From an uncultured Acidimicrobiales bacterium (lineage in GTDB: Bacteria; Actinomycetota; Acidimicrobiia; Acidimicrobiales; UBA10347), in NCBI GenBank assembly GCA_943788915.1, contig CALSSD010000008.1:248001-312000 (forward strand): 64,000 nt of DNA. The letters run 5' to 3'. The notes under the pieces are model-generated. The model searched no databases. It saw only the letters and a list, made by a program, of their open reading frames with translations, and had not been told where the DNA came from. Both the position numbers and the translations under genes were made by a program. This document shows positions 9,909 to 20,262 of the stretch, piece after piece (positions within the stretch are counted from its first letter, which is position 1; every line of letters starts with the position of its first letter).

Positions 9909-11228
9909 ATGACGCATAACGATGATCTGCGGGCTCTGTACGACGCACAGACGTACGCAGCAGCCGCACCACACGATGCAATCGACCGGCTCCGCGAACG
10001 TGGTCCAGTTGTGTGGGTACCGGAGCCAGCGCTTCACGGATGGCCAGAGGGACCCGGGTATTGGGCGGTACTAGGACATGGCGAGACGAAGCAGGTTTTG
10101 CGGGATGCCGCCACGTTCTCCAGCAACCTGGCAGGCACGCAGCTGCGTACGCCGACTCGACCCGAAGATCTCGCGTTCGTGCGCCAGATGATGCTGAACC
10201 AGGATCCACCAGCGCACAACCGGCTACGCGGCCTGTTGTCGAAGGCCTTCATCCCTCGAGCGATCGCTGCGCTCGACGCCGAGATCTCCTCTCGAGCCCA
10301 TGATCTCGTGCAAAACGTGGCGCACAAAGGACGGTGTGACCTCGTCACTGACATCGTGGGTGACCTACCAGTGGCCGTGCTCGCTTCGGTGCTTGGCCTT
10401 CCTGACCAAGACCGCGGGTTGCTCTACGACTGGTCCAACCGTGTGATTGGGTATCAAGACGCCGACTATGCCTCGAGCGCAGCCTTCGATCCAGCTACCG
10501 GCTCCGATATGGCACGAGCTGCGCTGGCATATCGGCCGCTGCCAGATGCCTCGGGGGCGTTGCCGGATCCGCGCACCCGCGCTGGGCTGGCTGATATGTA
10601 TGCCTATGCCCAGGCGCTTGCCGAGTACCGCCGGGTCGAACCTGGCGACGACATTGTCTCGCTGCTCTTGCACGCCGACTTCGATGGCCCTGCACTCACA
10701 AACGACGAATTCGAAACACTCTTCTTTCTCTTCGCTGTTGCTGGCAACGAGACACTGCGCAATGGCATCCCTGGTGCCGTGCTGACGTTGATCGAGAACC
10801 CCGATCAATACGATCTCCTGCTTCGCGAACCAGATCTACTCGACGGCGCTGTCGAAGAGTTGCTGCGGTACTGGCCACCGGTGATTCACTTCCGGCGAAC
10901 GGCCACCGTCGATTGTGAGATTGGTGGGCAGGCCATCACCGCTGGCGACAAGGTTGCCGTCTATCACCTTGCCGCCAATCGGGACCCCGACGTTTTCGAC
11001 AATCCTCACCAACTCGACCTTCGCCGCACCGGCGTTGATCATGTTTCGTTCGGCTTTGGGCCTCACTTCTGCCTCGGCGCCCATCTCGCTCGTCGTCAGA
11101 TGAAATCAATGTTGGGGGAACTCGCACGCCAACTTGGCCGCCTCGAACTCGTGGGTGACCCAATCCGGTTGACGTCCAACTTCCAGCAGGGACTCAAGTC
11201 GCTGCCGGTTTCCTGGAATCTTCCGTAA
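9909..11228 (+). CDS. Cytochrome P450 (CYP125/124-like clan)
   Basis: AGNET I-helix, EELLR (ExxR) and FGFGPHFCLG heme motif. Confidence 0.95.
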   Translation: MTHNDDLRALYDAQTYAAAAPHDAIDRLRERGPVVWVPEPALHGWPEGPGYWAVLGHGETKQVLRDAATFSSNLAGTQLRTPTRPEDLAFVRQMMLNQDPPAHNRLRGLLSKAFIPRAIAALDAEISSRAHDLVQNVAHKGRCDLVTDIVGDLPVAVLASVLGLPDQDRGLLYDWSNRVIGYQDADYASSAAFDPATGSDMARAALAYRPLPDASGALPDPRTRAGLADMYAYAQALAEYRRVEPGDDIVSLLLHADFDGPALTNDEFETLFFLFAVAGNETLRNGIPGAVLTLIENPDQYDLLLREPDLLDGAVEELLRYWPPVIHFRRTATVDCEIGGQAITAGDKVAVYHLAANRDPDVFDNPHQLDLRRTGVDHVSFGFGPHFCLGAHLARRQMKSMLGELARQLGRLELVGDPIRLTSNFQQGLKSLPVSWNLP

Positions 11229-11272
11229 TTGTCACAGGTGACCACCGTCCGCATGAACGAAAGCGCTCCGAA

Positions 11273-11989
11273 ATGACAACACCCACCTTGCTGCTCATCC
11301 ATGGCTTGGGGGCTACGAACGGCGTGTGGGCCGATGTGCTGGCCGAGCTTGACTGGCCAAGCCAGGTCATCAACGCCGAACTGCCTGGCCATGGCGCTGC
11401 CGCCCCGAGCGACGACTACACCGTTGGGGCAATGGCAGCTCAGGTCGCCTCTACCTGTGCGAACGGCGAAGAAGTCATCGCTGTCGGGCACTCCCTCGGC
11501 GGTGCGGTTGCGCTGTGCCTGGCTTCGGGTTTCTTTCGCCCGGTCGTGGCCGCGGCCGTCGGCCTTGGTATCAAGCTGGCCTGGAGCGATGCCGACGTGG
11601 AAGGTATGGCCAAGGTCGCAGCCAAGGGTGCTCGCTGGTTCGAGACCCGAGACGAAGCTGTTGAACGATTCTTGTTGCAGGCCGGGCTCCGTGGTGTTGG
11701 GCCGAATCATCCCGCTGTTGCCAATGCGGTGATCGAGGTAGATGGACAGTGGCGGGTCACGCAGGATCCAAACACTTTTGCGCAACGGCCTGTCGATCCG
11801 GCGGGCCTGGTCGGGGCGGCGAACTGCCCAGTGATTTTGGGCGCCGGCCAGAACGATGCCATGGTCTCATTCGACGACATGGTGGCCCATGTGCCAAATC
11901 CGCGAATCGCCACCGGCGCTGGTCACAATGTGCAGGTCGACGATCCGACCTGGGTCGTCTCACTGATTCATGAGGTCGCCAATCTGTGA
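11273..11989 (+). CDS. Alpha/beta hydrolase
   Basis: LLIHG, GHSLG nucleophile elbow and AGH. Confidence 0.85.
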   Translation: MTTPTLLLIHGLGATNGVWADVLAELDWPSQVINAELPGHGAAAPSDDYTVGAMAAQVASTCANGEEVIAVGHSLGGAVALCLASGFFRPVVAAAVGLGIKLAWSDADVEGMAKVAAKGARWFETRDEAVERFLLQAGLRGVGPNHPAVANAVIEVDGQWRVTQDPNTFAQRPVDPAGLVGAANCPVILGAGQNDAMVSFDDMVAHVPNPRIATGAGHNVQVDDPTWVVSLIHEVANL

Positions 11990-12206
11990 ACGCACAAGCC
12001 ACATTTCCGTCTGCAGCATGACGGCCAATACGTGACTGCCAGGGCACTTGTCATCACCCTCTGAGCCAATACGTTTCAGGGCTCCGCTCACGAACGCACA
12101 GGGTTCCCGTGGGTTGGCTCCCGCTCGACCCTCGGTCAGAGCCGGGTTTGAACTGTGGAAAGTAGTCTTGAGCCGCAATCCAGTGTGAGTAGGAAGAATC
12201 TCGACG

Positions 12207-13181
12207 ATGCCAACTGCATTTATTACAGGCGTGTCCGGCCAAGACGGCAGCTACCTGGCTGAGTTCCTGCTGTCTAAGGGTTACCAGGTCCACGGGCTGA
12301 TCCGCCGGTCGTCATCAATCAACACGTGGCGCCTCGACAACATCTATCAGGGCCCCCAGGACCGTAATCCGAACTTCTTCCTGCACTACGGCGATCTGGC
12401 CGACAGCTCAGCGCTGGCACGACTCGTTCGTGAAATCGAGCCCGACGAGGTCTACAACCTGGCCGCCCAGTCACACGTCAAAGTCAGCTTCGAGATGCCC
12501 GAATTCACCGCTGATGTTACTGGCACCGGTGTACTCCGTTTACTCGAGGCGATCCGGATGAACTCCGGCAGCACCCGCTTCTACCAGGCATCGTCTTCGG
12601 AAATGTTCGGTGCGTCGCCTCCGCCGCAGAGCGAGAAGACGCCTTTCCATCCCCGAAGCCCGTACTCGTGTGCCAAGGCCTTTGCTCACATGTTGTGTGT
12701 GAACTATCGCGAGAGTTACAACATGTTCGCGGTCAGCGGCATCTTGTTCAATCACGAGAGTCCCCGTCGAGGCGAGACCTTTGTGACCCGCAAGATCACC
12801 CGTGCGGTGGCCAGGATAAAGGCCGGCCAGCAAGACCTTCTGTACCTAGGCAACCTCGACGCAAAACGCGATTGGGGTTATGCCGGCGACTATGTCGAAG
12901 CCATGTGGCTCATGCTGCAACAGGACGAACCCACCGATTACGTCATCGGCACCGGCGAGGCACACAGCGTGCGCGAGTTCTGCGATGCGGCCTTCAGCCA
13001 TGTCGGTCTGAACTGGGAGGACTACGTGCGCTACGACGAACGTTACGAACGCCCCGCCGAAGTCGACTATCTGCTCGGTGATCCCACTCTTGCCCGGGAG
13101 AAACTTGGCTGGATTCCCAAGGTCAGCTTCGACCAGCTCGTCGCCATGATGGTCGACAGTGATCAGGCCGCCCTCAGCTAG
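12207..13181 (+). CDS. gmd: GDP-mannose 4,6-dehydratase
   Basis: [41 protein letters not shown] and RDWG motifs. Confidence 0.97.
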   Translation: MPTAFITGVSGQDGSYLAEFLLSKGYQVHGLIRRSSSINTWRLDNIYQGPQDRNPNFFLHYGDLADSSALARLVREIEPDEVYNLAAQSHVKVSFEMPEFTADVTGTGVLRLLEAIRMNSGSTRFYQASSSEMFGASPPPQSEKTPFHPRSPYSCAKAFAHMLCVNYRESYNMFAVSGILFNHESPRRGETFVTRKITRAVARIKAGQQDLLYLGNLDAKRDWGYAGDYVEAMWLMLQQDEPTDYVIGTGEAHSVREFCDAAFSHVGLNWEDYVRYDERYERPAEVDYLLGDPTLAREKLGWIPKVSFDQLVAMMVDSDQAALS

Positions 13182-13227
13182 ACAGTGCGCTCATTATCCG
13201 AGTCAATGGCTCAAACGCTGAGACGTC

Positions 13228-13677
13228 CTACAGCTTGAACCGGTAGACGTTCGTTTCGCGTTGTTCGAAGCCAATACGTTGGTACAGCCGGTTGGCGGCT
13301 TCACGGCTCGGACGGCTCGTTAGATCAACAGTGGTTGCGCCAGCGTCGCGTGCGTGATCAAGCGCCACACGGTTGAGCTTGTCACCGATGCCTCGGCCGC
13401 GGACTGCGGTGTCGACCACGACGTCTTCGATCCATGCCCGGTAGCCGGTAGGGATTCGGAACATGGCCAGCGTGAGCGAACCCACGATGCGGTCTTGATC
13501 GCGTTCATCGCGAGCTATGAGTAGCACCGAGTCCGGAGCGTCGACGATGGCCTGAAGATCGGTGGCGGGCGGCGGCGGGTTCGAGGAGGAGAGCTGTGGG
13601 ATCAGCAGCTGAAACGCCGCTACCAGCTCATCGTCGACGGTGGTGACTACTTCGATACGAACATCGTCTTCTGACAC
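13228..13677 (-). CDS. GNAT family N-acetyltransferase
   Basis: IEDVVVD...RGRGIG and AANRLY motifs. Confidence 0.9.
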   Translation of the reverse strand: MSEDDVRIEVVTTVDDELVAAFQLLIPQLSSSNPPPPATDLQAIVDAPDSVLLIARDERDQDRIVGSLTLAMFRIPTGYRAWIEDVVVDTAVRGRGIGDKLNRVALDHARDAGATTVDLTSRPSREAANRLYQRIGFEQRETNVYRFKL

Positions 13678-13768
13678 GACTAGAGACTAGGAGAAATGGC
13701 TCGTGAGGCAGGTGTTGCTGCTGTGATTGTGCTGTTGCAGATTCACGCCTCCGAGATAACGTGACCGA

Positions 13769-14638
13769 GTGACAGAGCAACGGGGCGGGTCGCAGAACGC
13801 ACACTTTGACTGGTACCAGCGCCGGTCGGCGCAGGACCCAGTCATGGTGTTGGCATTCTCTGGATGGAACGACGCGGGTAGTGCTGCGTCGTCGGCTGCC
13901 GAGTATTTGGACCAGAGCTGGAGTGCGGCACCGTTCGCCACGATCGATGCCGAAGAATTCTTTGACTTCACCGCGATCCGGCCGTCGATCGAACTCACAC
14001 AGTCTGGCGAGCGCCGCATTTCTTGGCCATCCACGACCTTCAGCATCGCCGAAGGGGCCCTTGAAGGCCGCGATCTCATTCTCGTCCGGGGCGTTGAACC
14101 CCAACTCAAATGGCGCACCTTCACCGAAACGATCCTGGGTGTGGCCGAGGATCTCGGCGCTTCCATGATCGTGACCTTCGGCGCGTTACTCGCCGATGTG
14201 CCTCATACCCGCCCGACAGTCGTTTACGGATCGTCCTCCGGTGGCTCAGCCGAACTCGACGACCTTGAGCCATCAACCTACGAAGGCCCAACCGGCATCA
14301 TCGGCGTTATCCACTCGGCGTGCAGTGTTGCTGGCATTCCCTATGCGTCGTTATGGGCTGCCGTGCCCACCTACGTTCCCGGTGCGGCCTCGCCCAAGGC
14401 GGCGTTGGCGCTACTCAAGCGGCTGCGCGATCTACTCGGCGCCGAGTTTGAGACAGACGAACTGCAGCGCGAAAGCCAAGAGTACGTTCGCCAGGTCGAT
14501 GCCTATGTCGAGGAAGACCCCGAGACGGTCGAGTTCATCGCCGAACTCGAACGGCACTACGACGCGAATCATGAAGCATCGCCCGAACAACTCGTTGCCG
14601 AAGTCGAACAATTCCTCCGCCAGCGCGGCGACCACTAA
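13769..14638 (+). CDS. PAC2 family proteasome assembly chaperone-like protein
   Basis: AFSGWNDAG, GALLADVPHTRP, YEGPTGI and WAAVP.Y motifs. Confidence 0.9.
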   Translation: MTEQRGGSQNAHFDWYQRRSAQDPVMVLAFSGWNDAGSAASSAAEYLDQSWSAAPFATIDAEEFFDFTAIRPSIELTQSGERRISWPSTTFSIAEGALEGRDLILVRGVEPQLKWRTFTETILGVAEDLGASMIVTFGALLADVPHTRPTVVYGSSSGGSAELDDLEPSTYEGPTGIIGVIHSACSVAGIPYASLWAAVPTYVPGAASPKAALALLKRLRDLLGAEFETDELQRESQEYVRQVDAYVEEDPETVEFIAELERHYDANHEASPEQLVAEVEQFLRQRGDH

Positions 14639-14716
14639 GGACCACACCGGCTGTCGCCGGGGTGTGATCTGACACATAACGTCTGCCCGCGTCCGCTTCT
14701 TCGTAGGGTCCTCGCC

Positions 14717-15340
14717 ATGGACGACGCAACCGCCAAGCTGTGGGCAACACAAGACCGCCATGTTGGGGACCGCGAACGGCTGTTCCGCGCCGTGGCCGAC
14801 GCGCTCGATGTCGACACCGTGCTCTATCCAGGCTCCTACGTGGACATCGCCCCATCAATGATTTTTGACCACGTCACCTACGTCGACAACGACAAGCGAT
14901 TCCCGAAGTTCTTCAGCGACCAGGCAGGAGTCAGGGAGATCATCAGCGCCCAACGCGACGACGACAACTTCGATGTCAACCCCATCCACGCTGACTACAC
15001 CACCGACCTCCCCATCAAAGACGAGGCGGTTGACCTGCTCATATCGCTCTATGCCGGTTTCGTGTCCGAACACTGCACCCGGTACCTCAAGGTCGGCGGC
15101 ACCTTGTTGGTGAATGACAGCCATGGCGACGCCTCGATGGCTTCGATCGACGAGCGGTACGAATTCACCGGCGTCATCACATCTCGCGACAGCCACTATC
15201 GCTTTGGCGCCGCCACATTAGACGGCTACTTCATCCCCAAACGAGACGAACCCATCACCGTCGAGCGGGTACGAGATCTCGGCCGCACGATCGGCTACAC
15301 CAAGTCAGCGTTCGCCTACCTCTTCACCCGCACCAACTGA
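14717..15340 (+). CDS. Conserved protein with probable SAM-dependent methyltransferase fold
   Basis: VLYPGS.VD, DLLISLYAG and LKVGGTLLV resemble class I MTase motifs. Confidence 0.55.
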   Translation: MDDATAKLWATQDRHVGDRERLFRAVADALDVDTVLYPGSYVDIAPSMIFDHVTYVDNDKRFPKFFSDQAGVREIISAQRDDDNFDVNPIHADYTTDLPIKDEAVDLLISLYAGFVSEHCTRYLKVGGTLLVNDSHGDASMASIDERYEFTGVITSRDSHYRFGAATLDGYFIPKRDEPITVERVRDLGRTIGYTKSAFAYLFTRTN

Positions 15341-16149
15341 TCGTCGATCCACTCGATGACCGAGGCAACGATGTCGTCGCCTTCGGGTTCGTTGAAGATT
15401 TCGTGGCGCAGCTGAGGCAGGACTCGTCGGGTCACGCCGGGGAGACCTTCGAGGACTTCGGAGCCAACTGTCGGCACGAGTTGATCATCGCCTCCGTGCA
15501 GGCACAAGGTCGGGATTGACAACTTGTCGACGTTGGCTGCAGTGGCATGCATCGTGGAGAACAGATTCATCAGCAGGCCAGCACTGCCGCCTGGTTTGAC
15601 CAACGGGTCAGCGTTGTAGGCCTTGCCGACCTCGGGATCGCGGGACAACACTTCGGTGTCGAATGGCGGACCGATGAACAGTTTCGGTGACAGCTGTGCG
15701 AGTTTGCTGACCGCGGTCTGCTGCCAACTAGGGACATCGGTGCCAAGTGCTGGGCCGCTGAGCACAAGCAGGTCCGGGGCAGGACGATCGCTGATGGCAT
15801 AGGCGGTCGAGACAAGACCCCCCATCGAATGACCGAGCAATACCACCGGCACACCCACGGTGCGCATCTCCGTAATCTGGTCTTCGACATCATCGAGAAA
15901 ACCCTCGAACGTTTCGACGTGGCCCTTCGAGCCTTCGGTGGTTCCGTGACCCCGCTGATCGATGCCAATGGCGCCGATACCAGCAGCGGCGAGATGTGCA
16001 CCGACCTCTTCATAACGACCCGAGTGCTCCGCGATGCCATGAATCATGAGCACCAGCGCCCGTGGCGGACCGTCGGTCAACCATTGACGTCGGGTCTGGC
16101 GGTTGCCCTTTCGGTTCACGCCGTAATCGATCAAACTCGCAGCACTCAT
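15316..16149 (-). CDS. Lysophospholipase/monoacylglycerol lipase (alpha/beta hydrolase)
   Basis: HGIAEHSGRY, DQRGHG, GHSMGG and HEIFNE motifs. Confidence 0.9.
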   Translation of the reverse strand: MSAASLIDYGVNRKGNRQTRRQWLTDGPPRALVLMIHGIAEHSGRYEEVGAHLAAAGIGAIGIDQRGHGTTEGSKGHVETFEGFLDDVEDQITEMRTVGVPVVLLGHSMGGLVSTAYAISDRPAPDLLVLSGPALGTDVPSWQQTAVSKLAQLSPKLFIGPPFDTEVLSRDPEVGKAYNADPLVKPGGSAGLLMNLFSTMHATAANVDKLSIPTLCLHGGDDQLVPTVGSEVLEGLPGVTRRVLPQLRHEIFNEPEGDDIVASVIEWIDDQLVRVKR

Positions 16150-16219
16150 GGACCCAAGCGTACGCATCCCGGCACGGCGGCACCGGCGGCACCGGCGTGA
16201 CCGGATGCCCGTCCGACAG

Positions 16220-16634
16220 CGGTTAGCGATGACAAGCCGCGTGGAAACCAAACGGCACCCTGAAGAAGTTTGATCGATGTCACCGGGCCCGAGGCCAGGC
16301 CAGTCGCGTTCACGATCACAAGCTCGAACCGGTCGACGGTGCGGTCCCACGCGCGTAACTCGAAAGCTACCTTTGCCCTCGCCTGAGGAGTCGCTGTCGG
16401 CCACGAGCAAAGCTTCGTTCGGCCACAGGTCGGGACCGCTGATTCATCACTCCAAAGAACCCGAAGAAAGAGTCGCACCCAGTGATGCTGTCGAACCAGA
16501 CATTGCCATCCTCGGTTGATCGTGAGCCCCGAGCCGTCGGTGGATGCACAAGCGTCCACACCCAGCAACACAGCAACACCCGTTACCGCTGCACAACGTA
16601 AGAACTACCGTCGGATCCTCAGGTCGTTTGTCGT
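16220..16634 (-). pseudogene. Degraded Tat-exported lipoprotein gene
   Basis: (T)TNDLRIRR*FLRCAAVTGVAVLLGVDAC: an RRxFL motif interrupted by TAG (16607-16605), followed by a lipobox. Protein-like segments continue in different frames. 3' end approximate. Confidence 0.45.
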
Positions 16635-16702
16635 TCGTGCTTCCCCGCAGCCGACAGCACAACTCGGAACATTTGCCACTACCAGCGGGGCGAACGAAGC
16701 GA

Positions 16703-18301
16703 CTAGTTGTCGAGGTTGACGCCGAGTGCAGTCATCTGATTGACGATGTCGGGAAACGTTGGCTCGAAGGCAGTGATGAAGTCTTCGGCAGTCGCTATTT
16801 GATGCGCGTTCTGGGCGACGTAACGAGCAAGTGCACAGTCAACGTCGATCTGGGACCCAAGCTGCTGCAAGGCGAAACCCGTCTGCGCATAGACGGACCG
16901 GTAGTAAATGTCGGCTTGTGATTCCCAAAAAGTCATTGGCTGCGTTGCATTGCCAATGCCAGCTGCCGGGATCTCAAAATTGTTGGCCGGCGTGCCTTCG
17001 TAGGTGAACTCGGCGTAACTGGTCAGGCCTTCGTCGAGCCACGGCGCTGCACCCTGGTTGTTACCGACGAGTGAGTAGAAGAACATGTGGCCAACCTCAT
17101 GGCTGGTCACACGGCCTTGTGTGTTCGGTCCCTGTTGAATGTGGGTCGGAAACTCGATACCTCCGCTCAGGTTGGGCGTGACCGCGAAGGTCAACGACGG
17201 CCACGGGTACTGGCCCCAACGGTTGCTGAACTGTTCGAGCGAATCAATGATCTTGTCGAGGTACACCTGCGGATTGTCATCGATTGTCTCGTGTACACCC
17301 ACGGTCACCACAACTGCTTCGGGGGCCATAGCGGTGCCGGTAACCGTGCGGAAGCGACCAATGCTCAGCGAGAAATCTCGCGCCGCCTCGACCCGCCATA
17401 TCTGTTCACTGAAGCCCAAGGTGTCATCGCTCACATCAGGATCAGCCACGCCGGAGGCAAGCACGTTGTAGCCGTCGGGCACACGGACCCGCACGGTGTA
17501 GTCGGCAACCGGCGACGACACCGACTCGGCAAACAGGCTGGTGGCCTGATCGGTTGCCCATCCCCTGCCCGGTTCCCACGGCAAGATCGGCAGCATGGTT
17601 CCCAGCCGCAGATAATCCTGGCGGCCAGAAATACGCGAGTTCAACTCGGCAGGAATGTCCATGATGAAGGTGGCAGCAGCGGTGATCTCCTGGCCTGGTT
17701 GCACCGTCGCTGGTAGCGCAATGCGGACCGTGGTCGGGTTGACCAGCTCGAGCTCCGGCACAGAAACATACTGGCCATCGGGCATACCCAGCTCGACGTT
17801 GGACAGCTCCATCGACACACCACCCGCCGCTGGTCGAGGACCGTTCGGCCACAGCCGAAGGTACAGCTCATCGATGGCAAGGTCCGGCTCAAAGAGCACC
17901 GACACTTCGCCATCGACCTGACCGGTCGGCGGATCGACATCGATAAAGGCGGTGTAGACCGGTCGGTCCGGATTCGGCACAGCGAGCGGCCCAGCATCGC
18001 AGGGACCCTCGGGGCGAGGCGTGGGCACCGGCGTTGGCGCAGGCACCGGTGTTGGCGTGGCTGCCGGTTCGGGAATTGGCGTCGCCGTGGGTGCCACCGT
18101 GGGCACCGGCGGGCTGGTTGGCGGCACCGTGGGTGTGGGATCGAAGACCGGTTCGCTCGCGGGCGCGGTGGGAGCATCAATTTCGCGTGGCCCACTGACT
18201 TGCGCCGTGGTCGAACACGCAGCTGCCAAGACGGCAACCGCCGCGATCAAGCCGAACACCAGCTCGTTTCCGTGCCTACGGGGAGTGATGCGTCTAGGCA
18301 C
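16703..18301 (-). CDS. M1 family zinc aminopeptidase-like lipoprotein
   Basis: Lipobox LAAAC, Pro/Thr linker, GGIEFP and HEVGH-x18-E (WLDEG). Confidence 0.88.
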   Translation of the reverse strand: MPRRITPRRHGNELVFGLIAAVAVLAAACSTTAQVSGPREIDAPTAPASEPVFDPTPTVPPTSPPVPTVAPTATPIPEPAATPTPVPAPTPVPTPRPEGPCDAGPLAVPNPDRPVYTAFIDVDPPTGQVDGEVSVLFEPDLAIDELYLRLWPNGPRPAAGGVSMELSNVELGMPDGQYVSVPELELVNPTTVRIALPATVQPGQEITAAATFIMDIPAELNSRISGRQDYLRLGTMLPILPWEPGRGWATDQATSLFAESVSSPVADYTVRVRVPDGYNVLASGVADPDVSDDTLGFSEQIWRVEAARDFSLSIGRFRTVTGTAMAPEAVVVTVGVHETIDDNPQVYLDKIIDSLEQFSNRWGQYPWPSLTFAVTPNLSGGIEFPTHIQQGPNTQGRVTSHEVGHMFFYSLVGNNQGAAPWLDEGLTSYAEFTYEGTPANNFEIPAAGIGNATQPMTFWESQADIYYRSVYAQTGFALQQLGSQIDVDCALARYVAQNAHQIATAEDFITAFEPTFPDIVNQMTALGVNLDN

Positions 18302-18935
18302 GGCGAGCGGTGAGCCAGAAGCCGGTGCCAGCGTCGGCGGTAGTACCGACCCACTCACCGGGAAGCGCTTCGAGCACATCAACCGCTGGCAGGTGAATCG
18401 GTGTCTGATCACCCAAGGTGTTGATCCATAACACGGTGCCACCCGGTCGTACGACCCGATCGATCTCGGAGGGAAACAACAACATATTGATCAAGAGCAC
18501 AGCATCGAAGGAGTCTGCGTTGAAGGGCAGCGCGCTGGCGTCAGACTGTGCCCGGGGCGCGAGATCTGGCGCATGACGCAACATGCCTGCGGACAAGTCG
18601 GTACAGACCAACGAACCAACCTGGCCGTCGAGAACCCGTGCACCCGCACCCGTACCGGAACCGACTTCGAGCCAATGGCCGGCCAACGGCACATCGCCTC
18701 GTTCCAGTGCATCGAGAACCGGTGCTGCCTTGACCGCGTCGACATGATCAGTGGACCAGCTGGGCGCGAGCTCGTTAAACAGTGTCGACATCCGCTCAGC
18801 GTGTTCCGGCTTCCACTCCTTTCCAAACGCCACCGCCCGAGTGAGCACCCGAATCGGATGGTCGGGCCCAGCGAACGGTTCAGGATCACGAGCGTCGGGG
18901 TGAGCTTGGAGTTCGGTGAGCACCCGTCCAGTCAA
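18294..18935 (-). CDS. Class I SAM-dependent methyltransferase
   Basis: LEVGSGTG, DLSAGML, DASALPF and RPGG motifs. Confidence 0.88.
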   Translation of the reverse strand: MTGRVLTELQAHPDARDPEPFAGPDHPIRVLTRAVAFGKEWKPEHAERMSTLFNELAPSWSTDHVDAVKAAPVLDALERGDVPLAGHWLEVGSGTGAGARVLDGQVGSLVCTDLSAGMLRHAPDLAPRAQSDASALPFNADSFDAVLLINMLLFPSEIDRVVRPGGTVLWINTLGDQTPIHLPAVDVLEALPGEWVGTTADAGTGFWLTARRA

Positions 18936-18982
18936 GCATCCATGTGCCCAAGTTATGCAGCGCTCAACACCAAACGCTTCTT

Positions 18983-19019
18983 AGGAGCCTGATGTACAAA
19001 ATAGGTACATGAGGCTCCT
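18983..19019. repeat. Palindromic repeat family B, copy 1
   Basis: AGGAGCCTGATGTACAAAATAGGTACATGAGGCTCCT (37 bp), homologous to 54048-54084. Confidence 0.75.
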
Positions 19020-19095
19020 TAAATTCGTAGAGGGTCGATATCTAGAGGTTCGTTCGAGTTGTTGTGACTTCGCTGTATCAGCGACGATAGAGGCA

Positions 19096-20262
19096 ATGGA
19101 CTTCTCACCGAATGCTGACCACGAGGCGATCCGCGAAGGGATCCGGCGCGTCTGTGCCGACTTCCCCGACGAATACTGGGCCAAGAAGGATGCCGATCAC
19201 GAGTTCCCTTGGGACTTTTACGACAAGCTGGCCGAAGGCGGCTGGGTCGGTATGGCGATCCCCACCGAATATGGCGGCGGCGGCCAAGGCATCACCGAAG
19301 CATCGATCATGCTCGAGGAGATCGCCGCGTCCGGTGCAGCGATGAACGGCTGCTCGGCCGTGCACCTTTCAGTGTTCGGCATGGAGCCTGTCCGAAAATA
19401 CGGCTCACCTGAGCTTGCGGCCGAAGTACTGCCTCGGGTCGCAGCCGGTGAGCTACACGTCGCGTTCGGTGTGACCGAACCCGATGCTGGCACCGACACC
19501 ACCCAGATCAAGACACGGGCGGTCCGCGACGGCGACGAATACGTGATCAACGGCGCGAAGGTGTGGACGACCAAGGCGCCGTACTGCGAGATGTGCCTGC
19601 TGCTGGTTCGCACCACCCCGATCGAAGAATGCGAGAGCCGCACCGACGGCATCTCGCTGTTTCTCGTCGACCTGCAAGATCCAGCAGTCGACATCACGCC
19701 GATCCCCAAGCTCGGTCGCAACGCCGTCGTGTCATGCGAAGTCCGTTACGACAACTTGCGGGTGCCGGCCAGCCGCCGTATCGGAGACGAAGGTAAGGGT
19801 TTCCGCTACATCCTCGACGGTCTGAACCCCGAGCGAGTCCTGATCGCCAGTGAGGCCCTCGGAATCGGCCGAGCCTCGATCCGCCGGGCAACCGACTACG
19901 CCAAGGAACGCATCATCTTCAACCGGCCTATCGGTCAGAACCAAGGAATCGCGTTCCCACTGGCCGAAGCCCATATGAAACTCAAGGCGGCCGAGCTCAT
20001 CATCCGTGAAGCTTCGTGGCTGTATGACAATGATCTGCCATGCGCCGAGGCTGCGAATACCGCCAAGTACCTGGCGTCCGAGGCTGGCTTCTTCGCAGCC
20101 GACCGAGCCATGCAGACTCACGGCGGCTTCGGTTACGCCACCGAATACCACGTGGAGCGTTACTGGCGCGAAGCCCGGCTGATGAAGATCGCACCCGTAA
20201 GCCAGGAGATGGTCCTCAACTTCATCTCCAGCAAGATCCTGGGCCTCCCCCGTAGCTATTAG
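19096..20262 (+). CDS. Acyl-CoA dehydrogenase
   Basis: FGVTEPDAGTD, INGAKVWTT, IGQNQG and QTHGGFGY motifs. Confidence 0.95.
   Translation: MDFSPNADHEAIREGIRRVCADFPDEYWAKKDADHEFPWDFYDKLAEGGWVGMAIPTEYGGGGQGITEASIMLEEIAASGAAMNGCSAVHLSVFGMEPVRKYGSPELAAEVLPRVAAGELHVAFGVTEPDAGTDTTQIKTRAVRDGDEYVINGAKVWTTKAPYCEMCLLLVRTTPIEECESRTDGISLFLVDLQDPAVDITPIPKLGRNAVVSCEVRYDNLRVPASRRIGDEGKGFRYILDGLNPERVLIASEALGIGRASIRRATDYAKERIIFNRPIGQNQGIAFPLAEAHMKLKAAELIIREASWLYDNDLPCAEAANTAKYLASEAGFFAADRAMQTHGGFGYATEYHVERYWREARLMKIAPVSQEMVLNFISSKILGLPRSY

Noticed and set aside
2464..11989. Monooxygenase, MBL cyclase, thioesterase and P450 as a secondary-metabolite gene cluster
   Set aside because: No PKS, NRPS, terpene or RiPP core enzyme; mixed orientations with unrelated genes interleaved; better explained as scattered catabolic genes.
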